DNA from: the human T2T-CHM13v2.0 reference genome, Homo sapiens
Assembly: GCF_009914755.1 (NCBI RefSeq)
Contig: NC_060939.1
DNA: 64,000 bases
Strand: one strand, 5' to 3'
Shown: positions 27,601-43,600 of the stretch, piece after piece
How positions within the stretch are numbered: position 1 is the stretch's first letter
Layout of the letters: the number at the start of each line of letters is the position of its first letter
Translations under genes and position numbers: made by a program
The notes under the pieces: model-generated
The model's input: the letters and a program-made list of their open reading frames with translations, nothing else
What the model was told of the DNA's origin: nothing
The model's database searches: none

Positions 27601-30600
27601 CTTCCATTCCATTCCATTCGATTACATTCCATGCGATTCCATTCGAAATCGAATCAATTACATTGCAATCCATTACTATTGAGTCCGTTTTATTCCAGTC
27701 CACTGCATTCTGGTCCATTCCATTTGATTCCATTCCATTCTATTCCATTCCATACAGTTGCATTCCATTGGATTCCATGCTATATCTATAAATTCAATTC
27801 GAGACCATTGCTTTTGAGTCCATTCTATATGATTCCATTCCATTCAAATCCATTACATTTGGTTCAATTCCATTCCATTCCATTCCCTTCCATTCCATTC
27901 CATTTGATATCAATCCATTCGATTCCATTCCATTCGAGCACATTCCATTCGAGTCCATTCCATTCGATGCCATTCCATTTGATTCTATTCCATTAGTCTC
28001 CATTCAATTCCATTAATCTCCATTCCATTCCATTCTACTCCAACTGATTCCATTCCATTCTATTCCTTTCCATTCCATTTCATTCCATTCCATTCCATTT
28101 CATTCCATTCCATTCCATTCGTGTCCATTCCACTCCAGTCCATTCCATTCGTGTCCATTCCATTCCAGTCCATTCCATTTGTGTCCACTGCATTCCATTC
28201 CACTCCATTCCATATTATTCCATTACACTCCATTCCATTCTATTACTTTCATTTCCATTCAATTCCATTCCATTTGATTCCATTCCACTCGGTTTCATTC
28301 CATTTGAGTCCACTCCATTCCATTCCATTCCATTCCATTCAGTTCCATTCCATTCTGTTCCATTCCATTCCGTTCCATTACATTCCATTCCATTCGGTAC
28401 CATTCCATATTGTTCCATTCGATTCCATTCGAATCCATTCCATTCCAGTCCATTCCATTCGATTCCATTCCATTCCTTTCAATTCCATTCCATTCCATTC
28501 CATTACATTCCACTTGATTCCTCTCCATTCCCTTCCACTGCATTCCGTTCGATTCCGTTCCATTGCATTGCATTCCATTCCATTGGATTGCATTCCATTC
28601 GATTCCATTCCATTCGAATCAATTACATAGCAATCCATTACATTCGAGTCTATTCTATTCCGTTCCATTCGATTTCGTTCCAATCCATTCGATTCCATTC
28701 CATTCGATTCCATTCCATACTATTGCATTCCATTCGATTACATTATATTCGAATAAGTTCCATTCAAGACCATTTCTTTTGAGTCCATTCTATTTGAGTC
28801 CATTCCCTTTGATTCCATAACATTTGAGTCCATTCAATTCCATTCCTTTCGTTTCCATTCCATTTGATGCCATTCCATTCAATTCTGTTCTACTCGACTC
28901 CAATACATTCAATTCCATTCCATCCGATTCCATTACATTCTTTTCATTTCTTATCCATTTCAAGCCATTCCACTCCATTCCATTCCACTCGTTTCCTTTC
29001 CATTCGAGTCCATTCCTCTCCAGTCCATTCCGTTCAATCCATTCCATTCCAGTCCATTCCATTCGAGTCCGTTCCATTCCAGTCCATTCCATTCGAGTCA
29101 ATTCCATTCCATTCGATGTCTTTCCATAACGATCCATTCCATTCTATTCCTTTCGATTCCATTCCATTCTATTTCATTCCATTCGATTCCCTTCCATTGG
29201 ACTCCTTTCCATTCGAGTGCATTCCATTCCGTTCCATTTATTTCCGTTCTTTACGATTCCTACCGTTCGATTTCATTTTGTTCCAGTCCATTCCTTTCGC
29301 GTCCATTCCATTCCATTTCACTCCATTCGATTCCATTCCACTCGATTCCACTTCGTTCCATTTCATTGCATTCCATTCTATTCAACTCTATTGCCTTCCA
29401 TTCCATTCCATTCGATTACATTCCATGCGATTCCATTCGAAATCGAATCAATTACATTGCAATCCATTACTATTGAGTCCGTTTTATTCCAGTCCACTGC
29501 ATTCTGGTCCATTCCATTTGATTCCATTCCATTCTATTCCATTCCATACAGTTGCATTCCATTGGATTCCATGCTATATCTATAAATTCAATTCGAGACC
29601 ATTGCTTTTGAGTCCATTCTATATGATTCCATTCCATTCAAATCCATTACATTTGGTTCAATTCCATTCCATTCCATTCCCTTCCATTCCATTCCATTTG
29701 ATATCAATCCATTCGATTCCATTCCATTCGAGCACATTCCATTCGAGTCCATTCCATTCGATGCCATTCCATTTGATTCTATTCCATTAGTCTCCATTCA
29801 ATTCCATTAATCTCCATTCCATTCCATTCTACTCCAACTGATTCCATTCCATTCTATTCCTTTCCATTCCATTTCATTCCATTCCATTCCATTTCATTCC
29901 ATTCCATTCCATTTCATTCCATTCCATTCCATTCGTGTCCATTCCACTCCAGTCCATTCCATTCGTGTCCATTCCATTCCAGTCCATTCCATTTGTGTCC
30001 ACTGCATTCCATTCCACTCCATTCCATATTATTCCATTACACTCCATTCCATTCTATCACTTTCATTTCCATTCAATTCCATTCCATTTGATTCCATTCC
30101 ACTCGGTTTCATTCCATTTGAGTCCACTCCGTTCCATTCCATTGCATTCCATTCAGTTCCATTCCATTCTGTTCCATTCCATTCCGTTCCATTACATTCC
30201 ATTCCATTCGGTACCATTCCATATTGTTCCATTCGATTCCATTCGAATCCATTCCATTCCAGTCCATTCCATTCGATTCCATTCCATTCATTTCAATTCC
30301 ATTCCATTCCATTCCATTACATTCCACTTGATTCCTCTCCATTCCCTTCCACTGCATTCCGTTCGATTCCATTCCATTGCATTGCATTCCATTCCATTGG
30401 ATTGCATTCCATTCGATTCCATTCCATTCGAATCAATTACATAGCAATCCATTACATTCGAGTCTATTCTCTTCCGTTCCATTCGATTTCGTTCCAATCC
30501 ATTCGATTCCATTCCATTCGATTCCATTCCATACTATTGCATTCCATTCGATTACATTATATTCGAATAAGTTCCATTCAAGACCATTTCTTTTGAGTCC

Positions 30601-33519
30601 ATTCTATTTGAGTCCATTCCCTTTGATTCCATAACATTTGAGTCCATTCAATTCCATTCCTTTCGTTTCCATTCCATTTGATGCCATTCCATTCAATTCT
30701 GTTCTACTCGACTCCAATACACTCAATTCCATTCCATCCGATTCCATTACATTCTTTTCATTTCTTATCCATTTCAAGCCATTCCACTCCATTCCATTCC
30801 ACTCGTTTCCTTTCCATTCGAGTCCATTCCTCTCCAGTCCATTCCGTTCAATCCATTCCATTCCAGTCCATTCCATTCGAGTCCGTTCCATTCCAGTCCA
30901 TTCCATTCGAGTCAATTCCATCCCATTCGATGTCTTTCCATAACGATCCATTCCATTCTATTCCTTTCGATTCCATTCCATTCTATTTCATTCCATTCGA
31001 TTCCCTTCCATTGGACTCCTTTCCATTCGAGTGCATTCCATTCCTTTCCATTTCTTTCCGTTCTGTACGATTCCTACCGTTCGATTTCATTTTGTTCCAG
31101 TCCATTCCTTTCGCGTCCATTCCATTCCATTTCACTCCATTCGATTCCATTCCACTCGATTCCACTTCGTTCCATTTCATTGCATTCCATTCTATTCAAC
31201 TCTATTGCCTTCCATTCCATTCCATTCGATTACATTCCATGCGATTCCATTCGAAATCGAATCAATTACATTGCAATCCATTACTATTGAGTCCGTTTTA
31301 TTCCAGTCCACTGCATTCTGGTCCATTCCATTTGATTCCATTCCATTCTATTCCATTCCATACAGTTGCATTCCATTGGATTCCATGCTATATCTATAAA
31401 TTCAATTCGAGACCATTGCTTTTGAGTCCATTCTATATGATTCCATTCCATTCAAGTCCATTACATTTGGTTCAATTCCATTCCTTTCCATTCCCTTCCA
31501 TTCCATTCCATTTGATATCAATCCATTCGATTCCATTCCATTCGAGCACATTCCATTCGAGTCCATTCCATTCGATGCCATTCCATTTGATTCTATTCCA
31601 TTAGTCTCCATTCAATTCCATTAATCTCCATTCCATTCCATTCTACTCCAACTGATTCCATTCCATTCTATTCCTTTCCATTCCATTTCATTCCATTCCA
31701 TTCCATTTCATTCCATTCCATTCCATTCGTGTCCATTCCACTCCAGTCCATTCCATTCGTGTCCATTCCATTCCAGTCCATTCCATTTGTGTCCACTGCA
31801 TTCCATTCCACTCCATTCCATATTATTCCATTACACTCCATTCCATTCTATCACTTTCATTTCCATTCAATTCCATTCCATTTGATTCCATTCCACTCGG
31901 TTTCATTCCATTTGAGTCCACTCCGTTCCATTCCATTGCATTCCATTCAGTTCCATTCCATTCTGTTCCATTCCATTCCGTTCCATTACATTCCATTCCA
32001 TTCGGTACCATTCCATATTGTTCCATTCGATTCCATTCGAATCCATTCCATTCCAGTCCATTCCATTCGATTCCATTCCATTCATTTCAATTCCATTCCA
32101 TTCCATTCCATTACATTCCACTTGATTCCTCTCCATTCCCTTCCACTGCATTCCGTTCGATTCCATTCCATTGCATTGCATTCCATTCCATTGGATTGCA
32201 TTCCATTCGATTCCATTCCATTCGAATCAATTACATAGCAATCCATTACATTCGAGTCTATTCTCTTCCGTTCCATTCGATTTCGTTCCAATCCATTCGA
32301 TTCCATTCCATTCGATTCCATTCCATACTATTGCATTCCATTCGATTACATTATATTCGAATAAGTTCCATTCAAGACCATTTCTTTTGAGTCCATTCTA
32401 TTTGAGTCCATTCCCTTTGATTCCATAACATTTGAGTCCATTCAATTCCATTCCTTTCGTTTCCATTCCATTTGATGCCATTCCATTCAATTCTGTTCTA
32501 CTCGACTCCAATACACTCAATTCCATTCCATCCGATTCCATTACATTCTTTTCATTTCTTATCCATTTCAAGCCATTCCACTCCATTCCATTCCACTCGT
32601 TTCCTTTCCATTCGAGTCCATTCCTCTCCAGTCCATTCCGTTCAATCCATTCCATTACAGTCCATTCCATTCGAGTCCGTTCCATTCCAGTCCATTCCAT
32701 TCGAGTCAATTCCATCCCATTCGATGTCTTTCCATAACGATCCATTCCATTCTATTCCTTTCGATTCCATTCCATTCTATTTCATTCCATTCGATTCCCT
32801 TCCATTGGACTCCTTTCCATTCGAGTGCATTCCATTCCTTTCCATTTCTTTCCGTTCTGTACGATTCCTACCGTTCGATTTCATTTTGTTCCAGTCCATT
32901 CCTTTCGCGTCCATTCCATTCCATTTCACTCCATTCGATTCCATTCCACTCGATTCCACTTCGTTCCATTTCATTGCATTCCATTCTATTCAACTCTATT
33001 GCCTTCCATTCCATTCCATTCGATTACATTCCATGCGATTCCATTCGAAATCGAATCAATTACATTGCAATCCATTACTATTGAGTCCGTTTTATTCCAG
33101 TCCACTGCATTCTGGTCCATTCCATTTGATTCCATTCCATTCTATTCCATTCCATACAGTTGCATTCCATTGGATTCCATGCTATATCTATAAATTCAAT
33201 TCGAGACCATTGCTTTTGAGTCCATTCTATATGATTCCATTCCATTCAAGTCCATTACATTTGGTTCAATTCCATTCCATTCCATTCCCTTCCATTCCAT
33301 TCCATTTGATATCAATCCATTCGATTCCATTCCATTCGAGCACATTCCATTCGAGTCCATTCCATTCGATGCCATTCCATTTGATTCTATTCCATTAGTC
33401 TCCATTCAATTCCATTAATCTCCATTCCATTCCATTCTACTCCAACTGATTCCATTCCATTCTATTCCTTTCCATTCCTTTTCATTCCATTCCATTCCAT
33501 TTCATTCCATTCCATTCCA

Positions 33520-36500
33520 TTCGTATCCATTCCACTCCAGTCCATTCCATTCGTGTCCATTCCATTCCAGTCCATTCCATTTGTGTCCACTGCATTCCAT
33601 TCCACTCCATTCCATATTATTCCATTACACTCCATTCCATTCTATTACTTTCATTTCCATTCAATTCCATTCCATTTGATTCCATTCCACTCGGTTTCAT
33701 TCCATTTGAGTCCACTCCATTCCATTCCATTCCATTCCATTCAGTTCCATTCCATTCTGTTCCATTCCATTCCGTTCCATTACATTCCATTCCATTCGGT
33801 ACCATTCCATATTGTTCCATTCGATTCCATTCGAATCCATTCCATTCCAGTCCATTCCATTCGATTCCATTCCATTCATTTCAATTCCATTCCATTCCAT
33901 TCCATTACATTCCACTTGATTCCTCTCCATTCCCTTCCACTGCATTCCGTTCGATTCCATTCCATTGCATTGCATTCCATTCCATTGGATTGCATTCCAT
34001 TCGATTCCATTCCATTCGAATCAATTACATAGCAATCCATTACATTCGAGTCTATTCTCTTCCGTTCCATTCGATTTCGTTCCAATCCATTCGATTCCAT
34101 TCCATTCGATTCCATTCCATACTATTGCATTCCATTCGATTACATTATATTCGAATAAGTTCCATTCAAGACCATTTCTTTTGAGTCCATTCTATTTGAG
34201 TCCATTCCCTTTGATTCCATAACATTTGAGTCCATTCAATTCCATTCCTTTCGTTTCCATTCCATTTGATGCCATTCCATTCAATTCTGTTCTACTCGAC
34301 TCCAATACATTCAATTCCATTCCATCCGATTCCATTACATTCTTTTCATTTCTTATCCATTTCAAGCCATTCCACTCCATTCCATTCCACTCGTTTCCTT
34401 TCCATTCGAGTCCATTCCTCTCCAGTCCATTCCGTTCAATCCATTCCATTCCAGTCCATTCCATTCGAGTCCGTTCCATTCCAGTCCATTCCATTCGAGT
34501 CAATTCCATCCCATTCGATGTCTTTCCATAACGATCCATTCCATTCTATTCCTTTCGATTCCATTCCATTCTATTTCATTCCATTCGATTCCCTTCCATT
34601 GGACTCCTTTCCATTCGAGTGCATTCCATTCCTTTCCATTTCTTTCCGTTCTGTACGATTCCTACCGTTCGATTTCATTTTGTTCCAGTCCATTCCTTTC
34701 GCGTCCATTCCATTCCATTTCACTCCATTCGATTCCATTCCACTCGATTCCACTTCGTTCCATTTCATTGCATTCCATTCTATTCAACTCTATTGCCTTC
34801 CATTCCATTCCATTCGATTACATTCCATGCGATTCCATTCGAAATCGAATCAATTACATTGCAATCCATTACTATTGAGTCCGTTTTATTCCAGTCCACT
34901 GCATTCTGGTCCATTCCATTTGATTCCATTCCATTCTATTCCATTCCATACAGTTGCATTCCATTGGATTCCATGCTATATCTATAAATTCACTTCGAGA
35001 CCATTGCTTTTGAGTCCATTCTATATGATTCCATTCCATTCAAGTCCATTACATTTGGTTCAATTCCATTCCATTCCATTCCCTTCCATTCCATTCCATT
35101 TGATATCAATCCATTCGATTCCATTCCATTCGAGCACATTCCATTCGAGTCCATTCCATTCGATGCCATTCCATTTGATTCTATTCCATTAGTCTCCATT
35201 CAATTCCATTAATCTCCATTCCATTCCATTCTACTCCAACTGATTCCATTCCATTCTATTCCTTTCCATTCCATTTCATTCCATTCCATTCCATTTCATT
35301 CCATTCCATTCCATTCGTATCCATTCCACTCCAGTCCATTCCATTCGTGTCCATTCCATTCCAGTCCATTCCATTTGTGTCCACTGCATTCCATTCCACT
35401 CCATTCCATATTATTCCATTACACTCCATTCCATTCTATTACTTTCATTTCCATTCAATTCCATTCCATTTGATTCCATTCCACTCGGTTTCATTCCATT
35501 TGAGTCCACTCCATTCCATTCCATTCCATTCCATTCAGTTCCATTCCATTCTGTTCCATTCCATTCCGTTCCATTACATTCCATTCCATTCGGTACCATT
35601 CCATATTGTTCCATTCGATTCCATTCGAATCCATTCCATTCCAGTCCATTCCATTCGATTCCATTCCATTCATTTCAATTCCATTCCATTCCATTCCATT
35701 ACATTCCACTTGATTCCTCTCCATTCCCTTCCACTGCATTCCGTTCGATTCCATTCCATTGCATTGCATTCCATTCCATTGGATTGCATTCCATTCGATT
35801 CCATTCCATTCGAATCAATTACATAGCAATCCATTACATTCGAGTCTATTCTCTTCCGTTCCATTCGATTTCGTTCCAATCCATTCGATTCCATTCCATT
35901 CGATTCCATTCCATACTATTGCATTCCATTCGATTACATTATATTCGAATAAGTTCCATTCAAGACCATTTCTTTTGAGTCCATTCTATTTGAGTCCATT
36001 CCCTTTGATTCCATAACATTTGAGTCCATTCAATTCCATTCCTTTCGTTTCCATTCCATTTGATGCCATTCCATTCAATTCTGTTCTACTCGACTCCAAT
36101 ACATTCAATTCCATTCCATCCGATTCCATTACATTCTTTTCATTTCTTATCCATTTCAAGCCATTCCACTCCATTCCATTCCACTCGTTTCCTTTCCATT
36201 CGAGTCCATTCCTCTCCAGTCCATTCCGTTCAATCCATTCCATTCCAGTCCATTCCATTCGAGTCCGTTCCATTCCAGTCCATTCCATTCGAGTCAATTC
36301 CATCCCATTCGATGTCTTTCCATAACGATCCATTCCATTCTATTCCTTTCGATTCCATTCCATTCTATTTCATTCCATTCGATTCCCTTCCATTGGACTC
36401 CTTTCCATTCGAGTGCATTCCATTCCTTTCCATTTCTTTCCGTTCTGTACGATTCCTACCGTTCGATTTCATTTTGTTCCAGTCCATTCCTTTCGCGTCC

Positions 36501-39500
36501 ATTCCATTCCATTTCACTCCATTCGATTCCATTCCACTCGATTCCACTTCGTTCCATTTCATTGCATTCCATTCTATTCAACTCTATTGCCTTCCATTCC
36601 ATTCCATTCGATTACATTCCATGCGATTCCATTCGAAATCGAATCAATTACATTGCAATCCATTACTATTGAGTCCGTTTTATTCCAGTCCACTGCATTC
36701 TGGTCCATTCCATTTGATTCCATTCCATTCTATTCCATTCCATACAGTTGCATTCCATTGGATTCCATGCTATATCTATAAATTCAATTCGAGACCATTG
36801 CTTTTGAGTCCATTCTATATGATTCCATTCCATTCAAGTCCATTACATTTGGTTCAATTCCATTCCATTCCATTCCCTTCCATTCCATTCCATTTGATAT
36901 CAATCCATTCGATTCCATTCCATTCGAGCACATTCCATTCGAGTCCATTCCATTCGATGCCATTCCATTTGATTCTATTCCATTAGTCTCCATTCAATTC
37001 CATTAATCTCCATTCCATTCCATTCTACTCCAACTGATTCCATTCCATTCTATTCCTTTCCATTCCATTTCATTCCATTCCATTCCGTTTCATTCCATTC
37101 CATTCCATTCGTATCCATTCCACTCCAGTCCATTCCATTCGTGTCCATTCCATTCCAGTCCATTCCATTTGTGTCCACTGCATTCCATTCCACTCCATTC
37201 CATATTATTCCATTACACTCCATTCCATTCTATTACTTTCATTTCCATTCAATTCCATTCCATTTGATTCCATTCCACTCGGTTTCATTCCATTTGAGTC
37301 CACTCCATTCCATTCCATTCCATTCCATTCAGTTCCATTCCATTCTGTTCCATTCCATTCCGTTCCATTACATTCCATTCCATTCGGTACCATTCCATAT
37401 TGTTCCATTCGATTCCATTCGAATCCATTCCATTCCAGTCCATTCCATTCGATTCCATTCCATTCATTTCAATTCCATTCCATTCCATTCCATTACATTC
37501 CACTTGATTCCTCTCCATTCCCTTCCACTGCATTCCGTTCGATTCCATTCCATTGCATTGCATTCCATTCCATTGGATTGCATTCCATTCGATTCCATTC
37601 CATTCGAATCAATTACATAGCAATCCATTACATTCGAGTCTATTCTCTTCCGTTCCATTCGATTTCGTTCCAATCCATTCGATTCCATTCCATTCGATTC
37701 CATTCCATACTATTGCATTCCATTCGATTACATTATATTCGAATAAGTTCCATTCAAGACCATTTCTTTTGAGTCCATTCTATTTGAGTCCATTCCCTTT
37801 GATTCCATAACATTTGAGTCCATTCAATTCCATTCCTTTCGTTTCCATTCCATTTGATGCCATTCCATTCAATTCTGTTCTACTCGACTCCAATACATTC
37901 AATTCCATTCCATCCGATTCCATTACATTCTTTTCATTTCTTATCCATTTCAAGCCATTCCACTCCATTCCATTCCACTCGTTTCCTTTCCATTCGAGTC
38001 CATTCCTCTCCAGTCCATTCCGTTCAATCCATTCCATTCCAGTCCATTCCATTCGAGTCCGTTCCATTCCAGTCCATTCCATTCGAGTCAATTCCATCCC
38101 ATTCGATGTCTTTCCATAACGATCCATTCCATTCTATTCCTTTCGATTCCATTCCATTCTATTTCATTCCATTCGATTCCCTTCCATTGGACTCCTTTCC
38201 ATTCGAGTGCATTCCATTCCTTTCCATTTCTTTCCGTTCTGTACGATTCCTACCGTTCGATTTCATTTTGTTCCAGTCCATTCCTTTCGCGTCCATTCCA
38301 TTCCATTTCACTCCATTCGATTCCATTCCACTCGATTCCACTTCGTTCCATTTCATTGCATTCCATTCTATTCAACTCTATTGCCTTCCATTCCATTCCA
38401 TTCGATTACATTCCATGCGATTCCATTCGAAATCGAATCAATTACATTGCAATCCATTACTATTGAGTCCGTTTTATTCCAGTCCACTGCATTCTGGTCC
38501 ATTCCATTTGATTCCATTCCATTCTATTCCATTCCATACAGTTGCATTCCATTGGATTCCATGCTATATCTATAAATTCAATTCGAGACCATTGCTTTTG
38601 AGTCCATTCTATATGATTCCATTCCATTCAAGTCCATTACATTTGGTTCAATTCCATTCCATTCCATTCCCTTCCATTCCATTCCATTTGATATCAATCC
38701 ATTCGATTCCATTCCATTCGAGCACATTCCATTCGAGTCCATTCCATTCGATGCCATTCCATTTGATTCTATTCCATTAGTCTCCATTCAATTCCATTAA
38801 TCTCCATTCCATTCCATTCTACTCCAACTGATTCCATTCCATTCTATTCCTTTCCATTCCATTTCATTCCATTCCATTCCATTTCATTCCATTCCATTCC
38901 ATTCGTATCCATTCCACTCCAGTCCATTCCATTCGTGTCCATTCCATTCCAGTCCATTCCATTTGTGTCCACTGCATTCCATTCCACTCCATTCCATATT
39001 ATTCCATTACACTCCATTCCATTCTATTACTTTCATTTCCATTCAATTCCATTCCATTTGATTCCATTCCACTCGGTTTCATTCCATTTGAGTCCACTCC
39101 ATTCCATTCCATTCCATTCCATTCAGTTCCATTCCATTCTGTTCCATTCCATTCCGTTCCATTACATTCCATTCCATTCGGTACCATTCCATATTGTTCC
39201 ATTCGATTCCATTCGAATCCATTCCATTCCAGTCCATTCCATTCGATTCCATTCCATTCATTTCAATTCCATTCCATTCCATTCCATTACATTCCACTTG
39301 ATTCCTCTCCATTCCCTTCCACTGCATTCCGTTCGATTCCATTCCATTGCATTGCATTCCATTCCATTGGATTGCATTCCATTCGATTCCATTCCATTCG
39401 AATCAATTACATAGCAATCCATTACATTCGAGTCTATTCTCTTCCGTTCCATTCGATTTCGTTCCAATCCATTCGATTCCATTCCATTCGATTCCATTCC

Positions 39501-40600
39501 ATACTATTGCATTCCATTCGATTACATTATATTCGAATAAGTTCCATTCAAGACCATTTCTTTTGAGTCCATTCTATTTGAGTCCATTCCCTTTGATTCC
39601 ATAACATTTGAGTCCATTCAATTCCATTCCTTTCGTTTCCATTCCATTTGATGCCATTCCATTCAATTCTGTTCTACTCGACTCCAATACATTCAATTCC
39701 ATTCCATCCGATTCCATTACATTCTTTTCATTTCTTATCCATTTCAAGCCATTCCACTCCATTCCATTCCACTCGTTTCCTTTCCATTCGAGTCCATTCC
39801 TCTCCAGTCCATTCCGTTCAATCCATTCCATTCCAGTCCATTCCATTCGAGTCCGTTCCATTCCAGTCCATTCCATTCGAGTCAATTCCATCCCATTCGA
39901 TGTCTTTCCATAACGATCCATTCCATTCTATTCCTTTCGATTCCATTCCATTCTATTTCATTCCATTCGATTCCCTTCCATTGGACTCCTTTCCATTCGA
40001 GTGCATTCCATTCCTTTCCATTTCTTTCCGTTCTGTACGATTCCTACCGTTCGATTTCATTTTGTTCCAGTCCATTCCTTTCGCGTCCATTCCATTCCAT
40101 TTCACTCCATTCGATTCCATTCCACTCGATTCCACTTCGTTCCATTTCATTGCATTCCATTCTATTCAACTCTATTGCCTTCCATTCCATTCCATTCGAT
40201 TACATTCCATGCGATTCCATTCGAAATCGAATCAATTACATTGCAATCCATTACTATTGAGTCCGTTTTATTCCAGTCCACTGCATTCTGGTCCATTCCA
40301 TTTGATTCCATTCCATTCTATTCCATTCCATACAGTTGCATTCCATTGGATTCCATGCTATATCTATAAATTCAATTCGAGACCATTGCTTTTGAGTCCA
40401 TTCTATATGATTCCATTCCATTCAAGTCCATTACATTTGGTTCAATTCCATTCCATTCCATTCCCTTCCATTCCATTCCATTTGATATCAATCCATTCGA
40501 TTCCATTCCATTCGAGCACATTCCATTCGAGTCCATTCCATTCGATGCCATTCCATTTGATTCTATTCCATTAGTCTCCATTCAATTCCATTAATCTCCA
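33520..40600. repeat. Block of four near-identical 1794-bp units
   Basis: Exact 1794-bp spacing (34226, 36020, 37814, 39608). Shared markers CGTATCC, CCATCCC, CTCTTCCG, CCTTTCCATTTCT. Only isolated private SNVs seen (e.g. ~34993, ~37087). Confidence 0.9.
33798..35591. repeat. Representative 1794-bp higher-order repeat unit (KpnI site to KpnI site); about 36 copies in the window
   Basis: GGTACC at 33798 and 35592 (1794 apart). The landmark ORF 'MSPFNSIP' recurs at 1017, 2815, 4593, 6367, 8180, 10003, 11787, 12681, 14484 ... 61095, 62889 (36 times). Spacings are 1774-1823 with mode 1794, plus one of 894. Other once-per-unit landmarks: GATATC, TTCGCGTCC, GAAATCGAAT, GAATAAGTT. Confidence 0.97.
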
Positions 40601-43600
40601 TTCCATTCCATTTTACTCCAACTGATTCCATTCCATTCTATTCCTTTCCATTCCATTTCATTCCATTCCATTCCATTCCATTCCATTCAATTCCATTCCA
40701 TTCCATTCGTGTCCATTCCACTCCAGTCCATTCCATTCGTGTCCATTCCATTCCAGTCCATTCCATTTGTGTCCACTGCATTCCATTCCACTCCATTCCA
40801 TATTATTCCATTACACTCCATTCCATTCTATCACTTTCATTTCCATTCAATTCCATTCCATTTGATTCCATTCCACTCGGTTTCATTCCATTTGAGTCCA
40901 CTCCATTCCATTCCATTCCATTCAGTTCCATTACATTCTGTTCCATTACATTCCATTCCATTCGGTACCATTCCATATTGTTCCATTCGATTCCATTCGA
41001 ATCCATTCCATTCCAGTCCATTCCATTCGATTCCATTCCATTCATTTCAATTCCATTCCATTCCATTCCATTACATTCCACTTGATTCCTCTCCATTCCC
41101 TTCCACTGCATTCCGTTCGATTCCATTCCATTGCATTGCATTCCATTCCATTGGATTGCATTCCATTCGATTCCATTCCATTCGAATCAATTACATAGCA
41201 ATCCATTACATTCGAGTCTATTCTATTCCGTTCCATTCGATTTCGTTCCAATCCATTCGATTCCATTCCATTCGATTCCATTCCATACTATTGCATTTCA
41301 TTCGATTACATTATATTCGAATAAGTTCCATTCAAGACCATTTCTTTTGAGTCCATTCTATTTGAGTCCATTCCCTTTGATTCCATAACATTTGAGTCCA
41401 TTCAATTCCATTCCTTTCGTTTCCATTCCATTTGATGCCATTCCATTCAATTCTATTCTACTCGACTCCAATACATTCAATTCCATTCCATCCGATTCCA
41501 TTACATTCTTTTCATTTCTTATCCATTTCAAGCCATTCCACTCCATTCCATTCCACTCGTTTCCTTTCCATTCGAGTCCATTCCTCTCCAGTCCATTCCG
41601 TTCAATCCATTCCATTCCAGTCCATTCCATTCGAGTCCGTTCCATTCCAGTCCATTCCATTCGAGTCAATTCCATCCCATTCGATGTCTTTCCATAACGA
41701 TCCATTCCATTCTATTCCTTTCAATTCCATTCCATTCTATTTCATTCCATTCGATTCCCTTCCATTGGACTCCTTTCCATCCGAGTGCATTCCATTCCGT
41801 TCCATTTCTTTCCGTTCTGTACGATTCCTACCGTTCGATTTCATTTTGTTCCAGTCCATTCCTTTCGCGTCCATTCCATTCCATTTCACTCCATTCGATT
41901 CCATTCCACTCGATTCCACTTCGTTCCATTTCATTGCATTCCATTCTATTCAACTCTATTGCCTTCCATTCCATTCCATTCGATTACATTCCATGCGATT
42001 CCATTCGAAATCGAATCAATTACATTGCAATCCATTACTATTGAGTCCGTTTTATTCCAGTCCACTGCATTCTGGTCCATTCCATTTGATTCCATTCCAT
42101 TCTATTCCATTCCATACAGTTGCATTCCTTTGGATTCCATGCTATATATATAAATTCAATTCGAGACCATTGCTTTTGAGTCCATTCTATATGATTCCAT
42201 TCCATTCAAGTCCATTACATTTGGTTCAATTCCATTCCATTCCATTCCCTTCCATTCCATTCCAGTTGATATCAATCCATTCGATTCCATTCCATTCGAG
42301 CACATTCCATTCGAGTCCATTCCATTCGATGCCATTCCATTTGATTCTATTCCATTAGTCTCCATTCAATTCCATTAATCTCCATTCCATTCCATTCTAC
42401 TCCAACTGATTCCATTCCATTCTATTCCTTTTCATTCCATTTCATTCCATTCCATTCCATTTCATTCCATTCCATTCCATTCGCTTCCATTCCATTCGTG
42501 TCCATTCCACTCCAGTCCATTCCATTCGTGTCCATTCCATTCCAGTCCATTCCATTTGTATCCACTGCATTCCATTCCACTCCATTCCATATTATTCCAT
42601 TACACTCCCTTCCATTCTATTACTTTCATTTCCATTCAATTCCATTCCATTTGATTCCATTCCACTCGGTTTCATTCCATTTGAGTCCACTCCATTCCAT
42701 TCCATTCCATTCCATTCAGTTCCATTCCATTCTGTTCCATTCCATTCCGTTCCATTACATTCCATTCCATTCGGTACCATTCCATATTGTTCCATTCGAT
42801 TCCATTCGAATCCATTCCATTCCAGTCCATTCCATTCGATTCCATTCCATTCATTTCAATTCCATTCCATTCCATTCCATTACATTCCACTTGATTCCTC
42901 TCCATTCCCTTCCACTGCATTCCGTTCGATTCCATTCCATTGCATTGCATTCCATTCCATTGGATTGCATTCCATTCGATTCCATTCCATTCGAATCAAT
43001 TACATAGCAATCCATTACATTCGAGTCTATTCTATTCCGTTCCATTCGATTTCGTTCCAATCCATTCGATTCCATTCCATTCGATTCCATTCCATACTAT
43101 TGCATTTCATTCGATTACATTATATTCGAATAAGTTCCATTCAAGACCATTTCTTTTGAGTCCATTCTATTTGAGTCCATTCCCTTTGATTCCATAACAT
43201 TTGAGTCCATTCAATTCCATTCCTTTCGTTTCCATTCCATTTGATGCCATTCCATTCAATTCTGTTCTACTCGACTACAATACATTCAATTCCATTCCAT
43301 CCGATTCCATTACATTCTTTTCATTTCTTATCCATTTCAAGCCATTCCACTCCATTCCATTCCACTCGTTTCCTTTCCATTCGAGTCCATTCCTCTCCAG
43401 TCCATTCCGTTCAATCCATTCCATTCCAGTCCATTCCATTCGAGTCCGTTCCATTCCAGTCCATTCCATTCGAGTCAATTCCATCCCATTCGATGTCTTT
43501 CCATAACGATCCATTCCATTCTATTCCTTTCAATTCCATTCCATTCTATTTCATTCCATTCGATTCCCTTCCATTGGACTCCTTTCCATTCGAGTGCATT

